Below, in pieces: positions 25,201 to 38,886 of a DNA stretch of 64,000 nt. Position numbers and translations under genes: made by a program. Below the pieces are notes generated by a model. The model worked only from the letters and a program-made list of their open reading frames with translations. It was not told the DNA's origin and ran no database searches. Each line of letters starts with the position of its first letter. The first letter of the stretch is position 1. This DNA comes from Ramazzottius varieornatus (taxonomy: Eukaryota > Animalia > Tardigrada): NCBI GenBank assembly GCA_001949185.1, contig BDGG01000003.1, positions 4,399,092-4,463,091 of the forward strand. The letters are read 5' to 3'.

Positions 25201-26768
25201 ACTTCCGGCTACATGAAATCAAAAGCCATGGTCCATTCAGACGGGAACGTCTTTTGGCCTCCTCCCACTAAGCTACGAAGTACCTGCAAGGTGGAGATCA
25301 CCTTTTTCCCATTTGACAGTCAAACGTGCACTATGAAGTTCGGCTCGTGGACTTGTACGTAGTACAACGATTTCCACCGTCTAAGTGCTTCCGTTCAAAG
25401 CCCCTACAATCGTAATTTCTCTTTTTGTGCTAGATAATGGATTTCAAGTGGACGTGACTAATCGCACAATGGAGGTCGATCTGAAGAACTACGTGAAGAA
25501 TGGCGAATGGGAGCTCTTGAAGATTGAAGTGCATCGCAATGTTAAATATTATAGCTGCTGTCCTGAACCCTTTGTTGGTACGTCAGTTACGAATCTCACC
25601 CCTTGATAAGTACGTCTATACTGTCTTACCTTCTTTCTGTCAGATGTGACTTTCCGCATCCACATCCGCCGAAGAGTCCTCTACTACACGTACAACGTCA
25701 TCTTGCCCTGCGTCATGATGTCAGCCTTGACACTGCTGGTGTTTCTACTTCCGCCCGATAGCGGAGAAAAGATCGCTCTTGGCGTCACCGTTCTTCTTGC
25801 CTTTTCCGTCTTCATGTTAGCCATCGCGGAAAAGTTACCTGAAACATCAGACTATATTCCGCTAATCGGTACAGAGATGAAAACAATTCTTTTTGACTGA
25901 CGCCCGCTTTTAGTTAATAACACTAAGAACGTGCGCCACTTGGGAAAAACAATCTGGTTAGGTTTGCATGCCGGTTCCTACTTTTCGGGTTACGAACTGG
26001 GCATAATTATTTTTTATAGGAATATACCTGACCGTGGTGATGACCATGACTTCGATATCTGTGATAATGACCGTAATCGTCTTGAACTTCCACTGGCGAG
26101 CTGCAGAAAAATACGTCGTTCCACCTTGGATTCAAAAGTGGATTTTAGGAAAGCTCGCTTACGTGATGTGCATCGACACCGATTTCAACCCTAGGGACGA
26201 AGAAAAGAAGCTTTCACCCCCGATGCGTCTCTCCAGGCACACTCAAGCCTCGCAAGACGATCCAGAGTTCGCTCTCGAAAGGAGCAACATGCTTCCGCTT
26301 CAGCTCTTCTCCTACAACAACAATACACAGGAAAATCACCACCACGATTCAGACAAACTCCTCGGAGCAAACTCTTCCTTTCAGGACGCTACCTTGCTTC
26401 AACGTCGACAGATGTTCGCGTCGTCCAACAGGATGACCAATACTATATCGGCAGACGAAGCAACAACCGGAAACCACATCAACCGGCGCTCGAAGAACGT
26501 CGGTGTTGGGCCCACCGTACGTGGTCGCAGTCGAGATTGCCTGCAAGACGAGATTGTTAGAGCATTATCTTTACTTACCACAAGGCAAGAGGTCGATGAC
26601 AACATTCTGGCTGTCCGGAAACAATGGCGCCAAGTAGCTCAAGTGTTGGATCGATGTTTATTCTGGATATTTACCGTAGCTACTGTCTCCTCCACGTTTA
26701 TCCTCCTGGTCATAGTCCCTCTTTTTGGTGATATGGGCATAGATGAGCCGATCGAGAACACCCTGTGA
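22246..26768 (+). CDS. Nicotinic acetylcholine receptor alpha subunit
   Basis: Signal exon 22246-22303 ([19 protein letters not shown]) splices in phase to 23595; WLPDIVLYN; Cys-loop [15 protein letters not shown]; vicinal YYSCCPEP; TM1-4 with the GEK cation-type motif. Confidence 0.93.
24108..24282. repeat. Family A palindrome, dimer, nAChR intron
   Basis: Spacers of 24 nt (24138-24161) and 25 nt (24211-24235). Confidence 0.85.
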
Positions 26769-27425
26769 ATGTCCTAGCCCAGATCTTTCTTTCGGGTTGA
26801 GACTTGGGAGCGACTGGGATTCTGACAACAATGAAATCCGCGGCTGAGTAGAACTGTAAAACGACTGAATAAAATTTTTCTGGCTTTTGTTTCTGTGGAT
26901 CCTATCCGCACCGAGGGGTTTCTAGCCGACCAGTTGGCGGACCCCTTTGCTTTTCGGTAGGTAACCGATCGAACCGTTAGCCGATCACTCCCGCTCTGGC
27001 CTGAGCTTTCATGCAATAGCGATCGGTTCGGCTCATGAGCTGTGCACGTGGTCCTGTCGGGTTAAAACGCAAGATTTATGGATTTTTTTGTTGAGTCACC
27101 CACTCACCCTGCCAGCCAGCCTGGGCCAGGTGGGGTTATCCCCCGTCACCGACTCACCGTTCACCAGTTATGTACTGTAACCGGAAATCGGGAATTTGGG
27201 ACCATTCGGGAAGAATACCTTCATTTTCCCTTCCTTCTGCCGCCAGCCTCCTACAGTTGAAACGTACGAATCAGCGATCGAGAAACGTCTGTGGTATAGG
27301 TAGTGGTGTGTACGGTACAGATAGTGGTCGGCTGAAGCTGACTCGACGTTGAAGGTAGGTAAGGTTGATCTATGTGCTGAACTCGTTGTCCAATTAGTAC
27401 CTTGGTGTTGCTTTCTAGTGAAGAT

Positions 27426-28614
27426 ATGGCAAGTACCTCATCGTCTCGAGAGTCTCTCGGGACATCGCTGAATCGACGGCCAATAAACTCAGAATTTGTA
27501 GTAGCACAGCCGCCGCGCACGGAAGTAGAGCGGAGCGCAACATTCGCCAGAGAAGACAAAACCACTCCGCCAGATGACACGGCTTCCTACCATCTTCAAA
27601 GATACTTTCACCCCGTACTTCAGTGGATTCTCTACTTCAGCAAACAGTTTCTTAAGATCGACCCTTTGGCAAAGTCTGTTTTCTACGTACTGCTGACTGT
27701 GGTGTGTTCAGGAGCGTCGCCCGTGTTTGAACCCTTTCGGGAGTATTCTTTCTTTCAAAAGACCAGCTTCCTCAACCAATATTTCGTCAAGTTTAGCTGG
27801 GGTTGGACATTCTGGCTGCTGCTGGTCTTCTTCTCGCTGTGTGGATATGTAGAAAGCGATGGACGAATGCTTAGAATCGGCCGGAATCTAACAAGACTCG
27901 TCATTGGAACTGCAGTGTGGTATTTTGTTACCCTGACTTTCATCGGAGGAATTGAGAAACGCACTGGAACTTGTAGCAAGACCGATATTAAGTCCAGAAA
28001 GGTAGTTGTAGTCCATATCTTCCAGCAAATATATGTCTAAGTTCGATTTTGCTGTTTGTTCTGCTGTCTAACGAATACCGCTGTAGTTCAAAATTTGGCG
28101 AGCCACCCAGATCACGCAGTGCGTGGCAGTTGCAACGCTGTACGCGGGAAATGTACCGTTCGACTCACCGAATTTGATATTACCTTTTTCCCCTGTTTCG
28201 TAGGAGTGTGTTGAAGCTGGAAATACTTGGATGCAGTTCGACATTTCTGGCCACGCTTTTCTCCTAGTCTACTGCAGCCTGCTGATTCTCGAAGAAGCTA
28301 GAGGATTCTTCGATTGGGAGAGTGAAGATGTGCAAGATACCGATGTTCCTGAAACGGTGAAGGATGTCCGTTACGAAGATCACATTAAACCCTATGTCAC
28401 CATTGCCATTCGAGTTCTGGCCGTGGCCATTTCAGTTTTAGCTCTCATTTGGGACTGGATGTTGATTGTGACTCTAGTTTACTATCATAGTTTCTTCCAG
28501 AGGATACTTGGTGTAGCTTTGGGCATTGTCGCGTGGTTTCTCACGTACCGTGTGTGGTACCCGAGGTTTTATCCCGGTCCGCCGGGAGATATGTCAGGGG
28601 AAGCTTCGCGCTAG
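27426..28614 (+). CDS. FITM: Fat storage-inducing transmembrane (FIT) protein / acyl-CoA diphosphatase
   Basis: Exons 27426-28001 and 28204-28614; FLNQYFVKFSWGWT, FDISGHAFLL, TLVYYHS motifs. Confidence 0.92.
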
Positions 28615-28971
28615 TGAAGCGTACCGCGGTCTTCGCCCCAGTTGAGCTCAGCGATCTAGTCTCCCATTTTGAAACTTTTGAATTCCTATATTGGTGAGAA
28701 GTGATCGTACTTCTGCTTCACCTCAAGATAGATTGTTTGTGCATGGTTGTTTTTCGTTTTTTCTGCTCGCGTTTCTTCGTGTTCCCAACCAGAAAAATCC
28801 ACGAAAAAACCACAAAAGTCTGTCCACGACAGCTCAAGATGGCTGCATACTCTCGAACTGACGGACCTAGCCGAAGTGTACGCGTCCCAACACCTGGCTC
28901 GTGAGACTAAGACTTTAGACCAGATTAAAGGAAGCAAAGTGACAGTGTACTGCATTCAGGGAAGCAGAAAT

Positions 28972-29366
28972 TCATTTGGTAGTCTTTGCACTCGCAGTAA
29001 TCTTCGCGGACATTTCCTCCGCTCGTTGTTGGCGACGACGTATGTGGGCAGGTATTTCCGGCGAGTCCATTGATGGGGAGGAAGAATACCGGCTTGGCGA
29101 TTTAGATTTCGATTTCGACGTCTGCTCCTCGTCCGGACTTTCCATGCCCAATATCTCGCGGAAAAAGCGAAAATGGGAGAGGATGAGCTTCCACACCACA
29201 AACCAACCTATTCAACAGTTACGATCCGGCTTTGACACATTCAATTGTTAGTTCGGAGGAGCAAGGAAATTGACTTACCAATAACAATAAAGAGGAGAAC
29301 AATAACAACAGCCAGCAGAACGAGAAGTAGTGTTCCGAAGATCTCAAACGCTCCGATTTCCGCCAT
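28972..29366 (-). CDS. SMIM13: Small integral membrane protein 13
   Basis: Two exons: MAEIGAFEIFGTLLLVLLAVVIVLLFIVIG|WFVVWKLILSHFRFFREILG, matching the SMIM13 GWYFVWHLFLSKFKFLREL motif. Confidence 0.8.
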
Positions 29367-30044
29367 GCTTGCTCAGCTCCCTTCCAGGGCGAGAGAGTGT
29401 GAAGTCCACTCCGGGATGGTTAACATAGCTCGAGAAGATGCAGATCCAATCAGGGCGGAACCTTTTGCACAGCAATCCGATGAAGATCTTAGATGTAACT
29501 TAAAGATGCATATGGAATTCTTTTGAGAATGGAAATGAAAACAAAGCGAAGTCTCAGCTGATCGGTCATGTCACTTATGTGATATAACATGACACTACAT
29601 AACGACAAGTACATAGTAAAATGCAGTAATTGTTATACGACACATCAGGTCGCCCAGCGTCATCTGACTATTCTGACATGCATGTGATCGTATAGCCAAC
29701 CTTAGCACTTCCGGGTTTGAAGTAGAGCTCAAGGTCCCTTTTCTCTTGGACTAAGACCTCATCTCACATTCGAAGGAGTCGAGCATTTCCATAGCATCGT
29801 ATTTGCCACAAAACTATCGCGGCCGTAAGCGGGATCTTTATTCTACTGTTTCAGGCCTATCAATTTGTACGGTGGCCCATCGGCACAAAGCATATCCACA
29901 GCTGAAACTAAACCATTTGCAACCAAATATTAATGCTCAGAGAAGTTTTATACGGGTTGATGTGGACAAGAACAAAGGTTTTACAGTGGCCAAAGCCGGA
30001 CACGAAAGTATTCATTTTCGCACCAAAATACATTCAAATTTTCG

Positions 30045-31155
30045 TCACCAGAACATCGGGAGATGGGAAGCATTGGTGCGCCACTGCTGGTTCAAGTACG
30101 AATCAACAGTGGCGTGTGCGGGGATCGGCATCCGATGTTGCTGAACATTGAGATTTTGCGAATGGAAGCTGGCACTGGTTCCGAGGAAATGGTTTGCAGT
30201 GGCGGCTGCCGGGTGTTCATATTCCGTAGATCGCGGTCGGCGTGATGGCGCATGCTCGTTAAAGAAATGACTCCTACTGTCGAGATCAAATGACTCTGGC
30301 GTCTCAATCTCTGGCGCAAATGTATTTTGGCTTGAGTTGGACGTCTTCTCGTTGCGTCGAAACTTGGCTCTCCGATTTTGAAACCAGACCTAAAGCACAA
30401 AAGAATCAAAGAACATGCCATTGCCGGCAAACTTCGTATCCGAAGGAGTACGGATATTTTGATCATTTATACTGCTTCGATTGCTTTGAAAGGTCAGTCG
30501 TGTTTCGTTCGCAGAAAAAAGACCGTAAAATCGGAAATGCGGTTCTCAGTTCCAGTTTCTCAATGCTTGATTAGGTTATGAGTTTTTGAAAAGCAGGCGG
30601 TATAAATCTTGAAATGCGCTCCACTGCAGCCGCGACTGTGACTTTCCGAAAACTGGGACGTCGGCATTAGATCGCATTCCCAGACCGCGCGCTTTTCCGA
30701 CTAGCACAACCAAAAAGTGCGCAACTCAGGAAATCAGTCTTGATGAATTTGTTTACCGGCGTCGCATTTAGGATTTACGAACCGTACGTGTGGAAGGGTC
30801 TTACCTGGACGCGGGCCTCGGTCAGGTTAACTTTCTTGGCAATATCCTCTCTAGCAAAAGCGTCCGGGTAGTGGGTCTTTTCGAAGACCTTTTCCAGCGC
30901 ATTCAGCTGAGCGGTCGTAAAGGTAGTCCGGTTCCTTCGCTGCTGCTTCTTGCTAACGATGCCTTCGTTCTTCTTGGGCGGCTGATCATGAGGACCTTGC
31001 GATTGGTCGTATTCCACTCCATGTTGAGAGTGTTGTGGTTGTCTTTCTTGCGGATTAGTCCAGTCGGCGGGGATGTTCAAACGATCGGAAGCACCCGTAC
31101 TCACGCACAAGTCTACAAACGAAGAACCAACACAGTCATCGGCAATAATGCGCAT
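30045..31155 (-). CDS. Prrx: Paired-related homeobox protein (Prrx family)
   Basis: [46 protein letters not shown]|[14 protein letters not shown] (intron 30390-30804); start uncertain. Confidence 0.85.
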
Positions 31156-32385
31156 TGATCAAGGCAAAATACAAAGTGACAGATTTTGTCTGCTTTAATT
31201 TCATAGTCGACTGGCTGCGGGAGATAATTCATCGCAATTAAGTGACAATTGAATTAGAGGCTGTTAGCCATAATTACCGGCATCGTTTCGCCTTTCCGCG
31301 GGGTACTTGCGCTTGGCTGCCATGTCCTCAAAGAATTTTACCCAAATTCAACACGACAAAGTATTTTAGGGCGACTGAGTAATTCTGCTAGCTATAGCGT
31401 CAAATAATAGAGCAAAGGAAAATGAGCATCGTAGCATTTTTGCTCAAGATGGAGATGATTTAAGCGGACGTTTAGATGGTTGCGCGCGGCTTCCACGAAC
31501 CAATGAGTGCTCACTTTGTGTGGGCGCGCGAAGTCAGCCGGTTATTTTGGGAAGACGATTCCAGTGGCGCAAAACTGTTATGCTAAAGAGGGAGAATCAG
31601 CCAATTATCTGCAAGTTGACTGCATCTGGCAAGTATCACACTTGGCAGTTAGCTTCTCTTCTTCTTCTGGCTATATTTCTGCCCAAGATAAGATGGCAAG
31701 ATTGGAGCTGCGAAATGGAGTGTCTGGTTTGTGTAGGCAAGTGTCATGCACACATTTCCCCATGCCTGTTGCGCGGCGGGATGCCATGTATCAATGTCGT
31801 CTCATTTTCAGCGTCGTTGTAATGGATCAACAGTTTCCTCTTATGACACACGAGGATGTGTGCCTGGGCTTGAACTCTTCTTCGCTCTAAATGTTTCATC
31901 TGTAAAAGTCTGGAGAAACTACTCCCTCTGATTCAGAAGCTCAAGCTTGTTTACTATCCATCTTCATTTACGGACCACTTTGGACTGACAGAAAGGTTAA
32001 ACCACAAAGTAAACTTATTACTGTCTGATTGAAGAAGTTTGTCGAGGGCCATACGCCCTTCTTAAGCTTCTTTCCACTCATGACCTTTCGAGAGAACTGA
32101 CGATTTTTCTGATTTTGTCGTAGCTTTTCACGTGTTATAATTCTAAAGAAATTTATAACCATTGGTGTCCGCTGAAGCGGTTGGATGGGACGTGACCTGT
32201 CACCAGATGAACCGAACAGGATCGGTGTCCCAAGTGACGTACGGTTCCGTTGTTACTGTCCGGTAACTCGCGCTACTTGGCGGAACGACCACGTTCAGTT
32301 CATTTGCCAACGTCTCGGATAATAATTCTTCTGAATTCTAGAATCGTGCTATTAGAAACTCTCGTTGACTTGGGAATAGTTGGTC

Positions 32386-33228
32386 TTATCCGCTAAAGCC
32401 TCCTTGGATGGTAGGTTGCTGCATGGCCAGCAAGAGCGGCATCATGGACTGCATGTCCATTCCCCCGGTATGCGTTCCCGAAGAGCAGTTTCCTTGGTTG
32501 TTCTGCATATTCTGCATCATTTGCATTATCATGGCCGTCTGCATTCCGTTGTTCTGCGTCACGTACCCTGCAAAATGACAAAAGCGTCCAGTATTAAACT
32601 GCTCAAGGTGAAAAAATCTGAACAGGCCAGCTTCAAGCGACTGACGACTCACCAGCGCTCCTGCTTTGACGCCCGGTCATGCCCTCTGTGGACAACCAGT
32701 TTTGCGATGGTTGATGAGTACTGCACTTGAAATTCTGACATGAATTTTGCTAAATACTTACGGAACTTTCTTCTGTCTGCGAAAGAGAGGAAAACGTTGC
32801 GCATGTTCAACCTTACTGACGGTTTGGAAAGTTCCACGTACCGAAAGGGTGGTATCTTTCCTGCTTGACGACTTCTGGACCATCGCCTCAAAAATACAGT
32901 TCGACGGTCATCACAGTGCAGTGCTATGGACCTTCAAGCGGCGGATTACATTCAGCTTACGTGGGTTCGGGAGAGGGGCATCGATATCCAAGTTTCCGTT
33001 AGGCTTGGGCGGGGCTCTGATGGACGTTTTGTCATGTCCCTTCAGCCAGTCGGTGTCCCGGTATTTCGGAGGAGGCTAAAGCATCAAGGAAAATTTAGGA
33101 GTAATTTTCGCATTGAAAAACTGCACGTATCGTCAACCAACCCGGCAGAGCACTTGGACCATGAGAGCAGAGCACGCAATCGTGGCGAGTATCACGGTTC
33201 CAACACTTGTCGTTCGTACGTTCGTCAT
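32386..33228 (-). CDS. Putative orphan secreted protein with Met/Gln-rich C-terminus
   Basis: First exon MTNVRTTSVGTVILATIACSALMVQVLCR (signal-peptide-like), small GT-AG-bounded middle exons, last exon GYVTQNNGMQTAMIMQMMQNMQNNQG..MDMQSMMPLLLAMQQ; internal splicing uncertain. Confidence 0.45.
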
Positions 33229-34345
33229 CTTCGAGACCACCTTGTGGAATACTAATCCAAAAGCTTGATTATCCCAGAATAATTGAAAGCGATGCATCAG
33301 TTATAAAATCTAAAGCTGAAAAAAAGATACCTTATATGCGGGCCGATCGAGCGTCTGTCTCGCCTGTATCCGCATTGCAGACGTGATCCTCATCCGGATG
33401 GAGGAAGTGGATAGAAGGCACTGGTCATCCTTCCGTGACAGGCTCTTCATTCATGGACCTCTAACCTAGAAAATATGTTGAACCAACTGCACATCTCGAT
33501 AGGCCGAATACACAGAAGCCCTCGGTTCGTCAACAACGAGGGCATTTCTTTCTGCTGCCTCATTTCAGTAGTCATTACTCGTTATTGTTGATGTGGATTG
33601 TATGAGTGCTTCCGAAAGCCGATACTCAAACAAAGGCGGCAGCCAGAAGGACCCCCACTGTGATCTTGAAAAATCGAGGACGATCGTGCTTTTTCTGTAG
33701 TGGGTGGGACGGCCCTTCGCAAGGTACGCGACCTGGCATGGGCGTGGTTCCGAACCATGAATCTGCTCCCTCATCAGATCCCAACAGATCCAGCTCCTCG
33801 TGTACGTTGCACGTTGCTTTGTTTCTTGAAAGTACATGGGCCAGACGATAACGAACTTTACTGCCGTATAAGCAAATAGGCAGTTGGAGGACTCTACCGA
33901 AGTACGCATGGTTCTTGGCAGCCAGTTGAGTTCATAGGTAGTCTCCCGCTTCCGCCGAGTTCATGGTCGAAACTACAATACCAAGCAATCCGTGATGCAC
34001 CGTCGCTTAATCGACGATGAACTAAAGAGGATAAAACAAGCTGAAAACATTAAGGTTTGCACGAGGAAGAATTTACGGGTTTGATTGATTTCAGCGAAGA
34101 TAAGAACGTCAGAACCATCCATTATTAAACCAACCACCTGTGTGTGGCAGCACTGGAGCACATTCAGTTGATTGATGTAACTGATTGCGAGCCTCCGAAA
34201 GAAATCGATTGACTCAATTGCATAATTTCCGTTTTTCCAAAACCTTTTAATATTTCAGAAATCAAAATTCAAAAACGCAGTGATGCTCTCAGTGAACTTC
34301 ACCCCACCGTGGACTTGAAGAAAGTCTTCTCCTCGTACTGACGTG

Positions 34346-37300
34346 ATGGACAACGGCTTGGACGAGGCCAATCCTTTCTGGGAATCTGAGACACTGCCAT
34401 CCAGCAATCCCTTCGATCAGGACACGTCGGAGAGCATCGATAATTTATTGGTAAATTCTGGTAACCAGACTCCTGTCGCCGCTGATTCTGCGCTGTTATC
34501 CTCTCCTCAAGATGAAGAAAAGACGTTGACATGGGATCGAGTTGCGACCTTTTTGCTGAAGAAGAATTTTCATCTGACTGCCTTGGAATTACACACTGAA
34601 CTGCACGAAAAAGGCATACCGCTTCCACGGTACGGTCGTACGGTTGATTGATTGATGGAACCACGCGTACTTGATGTCACACTGTATCTTGGTACTGTGT
34701 AACCACAAAGCTCTTGGCCGTGACGTCATAAACACTCCAACCGAATCATGGAAATGTTGTTATACGTATAGATGGAATGCGATGAAATCATGTGTTAGTT
34801 ACTTGGACATCGTGATTATTTCTGTTTGCTTGTAGGTTGCGCGACTTTTTCAGCAATCCTGGTAATTTCGAAGTGGTCAGAGATGTGTCCGCATCAGGAA
34901 GTGAGTACTACCCTAATACTGGGCAGCTTAACCGCGCATCGAGCTCTCAGACACTCGACTCTATCGATTTCGCGCGGGATCCTTCCGAAGACGACCCGAA
35001 CCAGCGAGTGGACGAACGTGTCGCCGTCCTCGAGTTCGAGCTGCGCAAAGCCAGAGATTTAATACAGAGTTTACGGGAGAATCTTACTAACCTCACTGGC
35101 AACAGCGAAGTCAGCTCAACGAACAAGGCAGCCATGTCCGATGCCCCGCTGAAACGATCTCCTACTGACAGCAGCTCCTTCGCCGAGAATTCAGCGCCCA
35201 TACAAACGTTGGAACGGAGAGCTTTGAACTTTCTGATAAATGAGTATCTTATGGGAAATGATTACAAACTGACCAGCATTACTTTTACGGACGAATGTAT
35301 GTCGGTGGATTTGGACGACTGGGATGATGTCGGCTTGAATATGCCGAAACCACCTGCTCTGATTTCGCTCTATCGCAATCACCGCAGTGGTTCTACTCCC
35401 AAAGCATCCACTGATGCTGTAGTACCAGGTACCTTGAGCTAGTTTTCCTACAGATTGAAATTTCTAATTGTGCTCGTCTATCTTTTCAGATCGCTCATCG
35501 GTGCCGAAGAACTCGCCTAAATACCTTCAAGCGGACATCGGTGTTCAAACGGACTTTGAATACCCTCCGGAGAAGTTTTCGTCTGCACACCATACAGAAC
35601 CTCTGAAGGAAACTCTGACGAAGGACCTCCAGGCAGATAACCAGCGTCTCTCGGAAGAAGTCCGCGTCCTGCGCAATCGGTGCGAGCATGTGGAGAACGA
35701 TCTGCGCGCGCTTCGGTCCCAGCGGACTTTCGCTCCGTCTAGCCACACAGATGTCCCTGACAGTCCTAATATGGCTTCTGGAGACAGTTTCAGTTCTCAC
35801 CCGTATAATCAGTCTAGGAGACCCTCTGTCCCACCTCATAACCCGTCCCGTCATTCACAATTCGAAGACGCTTTGAAACAGGCTGTCCTGACGTCGCTGA
35901 TATCCACCGACATGGACCCGGACAACCGGCGCATTCTCGACACCATCTCAAAGATTTCTTTGCACAGAGATCGGTTCGCAAACTTCGTGGCTGAGACGCT
36001 CCCCAATATCATACCGAATGTCTTGCTGTCTAAACGGCAGGAAATTGTTCCGCTATTGCTGTATTGCTCCATTTTACATGAAGACCATGATGTTCGGGAT
36101 AAGCTACTCCACCAACTGTTCAACTTGTTGAAGAAACCCGAAGAGCAACAACGGTATGTGATATTAACCGGCTGTGAACGCTATGCTGCTTTGTCGCCCA
36201 TGGAGCGACTGGAAGGAGAACTACTTCCGCAATGCTGGACGCAGGTAGAAATATTCTCAGGATGGGACCTGGCGCACGTTTCCAGCCAATAAAACTGTAA
36301 ACGTGCGCCACTTTGGTTTTCTATGGCTTTCGAAGACAACTTTCTTCACTGCTGTCGTTTCAGATTTCTCACAAATATTCGGAACGGCGAATGCTGGTCG
36401 CCGAGGCTTGTGCCGTCTTGGCGCCTTACGTATCCCCTGCGTTATGTGGTTCGCTGATAATATCCATGCTGAAGCAGATGCTGACAGAAGACAAGAACGT
36501 GGATGTCCGACTGAAAGTGGTACAAAGTATCGCCGTCGTATGTTTGTTCATCGACCTCCCGGAGAAACTACCCCATGTGAGAACATATTTCTCTTTACGC
36601 GTACCGTAGCCTTACTAATATTTTCCCGTGTTTTAGCTGATAGAGCTGCTACGCTCCGCCCTGGTGGATTCTTCGGAACCGGTGGTCCAAGCCGCCTTGC
36701 ACGTGTACCTGCCTTCTTTAGCCATATGGACATCCAAGTACTCCGAGCTTGGACCAAGGCTTGTGGAACCGCAGTTTTTGGCGTTGCTTGATCCGAACAA
36801 CCTAGCGGCCAGCACGTTAGCGATAAATGGTCTGCGGAAGCTGATTCCGCATATCTACGCTAGCGTTGTACGAAGGGGTCCCTGGAAAGATCCCGAGCAC
36901 GACTTCGAAGTGGATCCTGCTTTGGTCGAAGCTACCCGAAGAAGGTACCATTTTATGTTTCAGTTGAGTTGGTCCGAAAGAATACATAAGATCTTGGCAG
37001 ACAGACTCAACAAGATCATTTTTCCAAGTAGCGCATGTTCCCACTGTCATTGGCTGAGGCCGTGCGCCACTTTGAAAAACGATCTGACTGAGTTCGTTTG
37101 TTCTTAACAAGTAACGCAGGACCTCAGTGTTACTGGCTGAAAGGGTGCGCCACTAGGGAAAACGATATTGTCTGGTTTGGTTGGCGAGCTATAGTAATTA
37201 GTAATGATGGAAATTTTTCAGGTTGCCCTTGAATGATAATCCGCTCGAATCGCTCGAAGTCCTCTTGTCGAGTGACTTCGCCATACAGTCCGCGAAGTTT

Positions 37301-38886
37301 CAATCTTATCTCGACCGGGAATGGTTCCAGGAATGGCCCGAATTAAAATTCGTGATCGACAACTTTATTCCGTGGTACGATGATGACATGAGCGAAAGAC
37401 TGCATGGTGTTTTTCACGACGTCGTGAAACTATTTATATCGTTGTTATTTTTAGCCTTTGTCAATTTGCTGCCGTCTTGCACGCAACCAAGCACGACGCT
37501 GTTATAGCGATTGTGGACCTCTTCAGGCTTTTCACAGCCTACTTTGGGAATGCATTCGCTACGGGGCCTCTGTCTCGATGCATGAAAGGCAAAATCCAAG
37601 AACTCGGCTCAAGTAAGACGACTCCTCACAAAATAAACAAGTCAGAAATAAGCCGCAATTTTGCTCAAGGGAATTGTAACTAAACCTGTAACTTCAGCAT
37701 GCAAGAAATCAAGCAAGCTTACGTCAAAGATTACTCTGTTCAAAATTGTTACAATCAGATTCTGTAATTCAGCACTGCTAAGGCGGTAAACAAACTTTCC
37801 GTTAATCTCACTAACCTGCATACTGAACCATCAGCATCAGTGTCTGGGTCGCTGTATGCAGGTACATGAACGTTGTATGCTTTTCCTTCGGCACTCCCAT
37901 TTCAACGATTGATGATTTTCCACACTTGAGAACTAAGTAACTAAGTAACTTTCGATCTTTCAAGTTGCATTGATGTATCACGTTAAGTTTCGTTAAGTGT
38001 ATGTTTTGTAGGTTTTTTGTGCCACGCGGTGTTCGTTTGCTTTGCCTGTGCTGTGGTGGCACTTTGTGAACCCAAGCAGCTCCAAGAATTCCTCGCCTCC
38101 GCTTTGGTCTCCATCAGCGATCAGTCACTGACGTTGGAAGGCCTGCAGCTAATCTTCAAAGATCTATGTGATCGTTTTCCCGAAGATCTCATCCAGGTTT
38201 GCTGGAGTGGTATCGTCCACCATTCCGTCCCGGTTCGTCTCAACGCGTGTCGCCTTCTCCGTTCCCTTTCCGAACTCTTTCACAAGTCATACGTCCATCT
38301 AGAATCCCTCATAGCTCCCTTAGTCACTTTATCCTCAGACCAAGAACCCCGCATTCGCTTAGAAATCATTCCCTCCTTGGCCAACATTCTCAAAGAACAC
38401 GTTCAGGAAGAGAAGATCCTCGCAGTCTTTCAGAGCTTCTTGGACGACAGAGACCATCTTCACATTGTAGACGAGTCCGTCAGGGCGTTAGCGGCTAGTG
38501 CGTCTTCAATGGACAAGAAGTTCTTTCAAGAGTTTCTCCTTCCTCGATTGGCAGTCCTCGTGGCGGGTAACGCCAGACTTCAAGTGTACAGGAAAGACAT
38601 GGCAGTGTGTTTGTTGGACGCCTACGTGACGCTGTCCTGCTCGAATCTCGGTGAAGAGTCCTGGCTCATTGCGCCTGTGATGCAGTCTCTCCGCTCTCTT
38701 TTACAGGAACTAAAGGAGCTGGGAATGCAAGAATACGTCGACATCGCACAAGAACTGTCTGATAAATTAAATAGAATACACAATTCTGCCAGCTCTTCTT
38801 CGCTAACCAATCCCGATGAAATTAAAACGAAAGTTATGACGAAAATAAAAGATTCTGGTTTGACTACAATGTTTAAAAAGAAGTGA
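34346..38886 (+). CDS. RELCH: RAB11-binding LisH/HEAT protein RELCH (KIAA1468)
   Basis: LTALELHTELHEKGIPLPR|LRDFFSNPGNFE; VAVLEFELRKA; LisH ALNFLINEYLMGNDYKLTSITF; LFNLLKKP; HEAT repeats. Confidence 0.92.
36993..37190. repeat. Family A palindrome, dimer, RELCH intron
   Basis: Two core pairs within outer arms. Confidence 0.75.
37814..37863. repeat. Family B mini-palindrome, RELCH intron
   Basis: ACCTGCATAC-N30-GTATGCAGGT, perfect arms. Confidence 0.8.

Noticed and set aside
33300-34200. Short exon-like segments upstream of RELCH
   Set aside because: Could not be spliced into a coherent ORF
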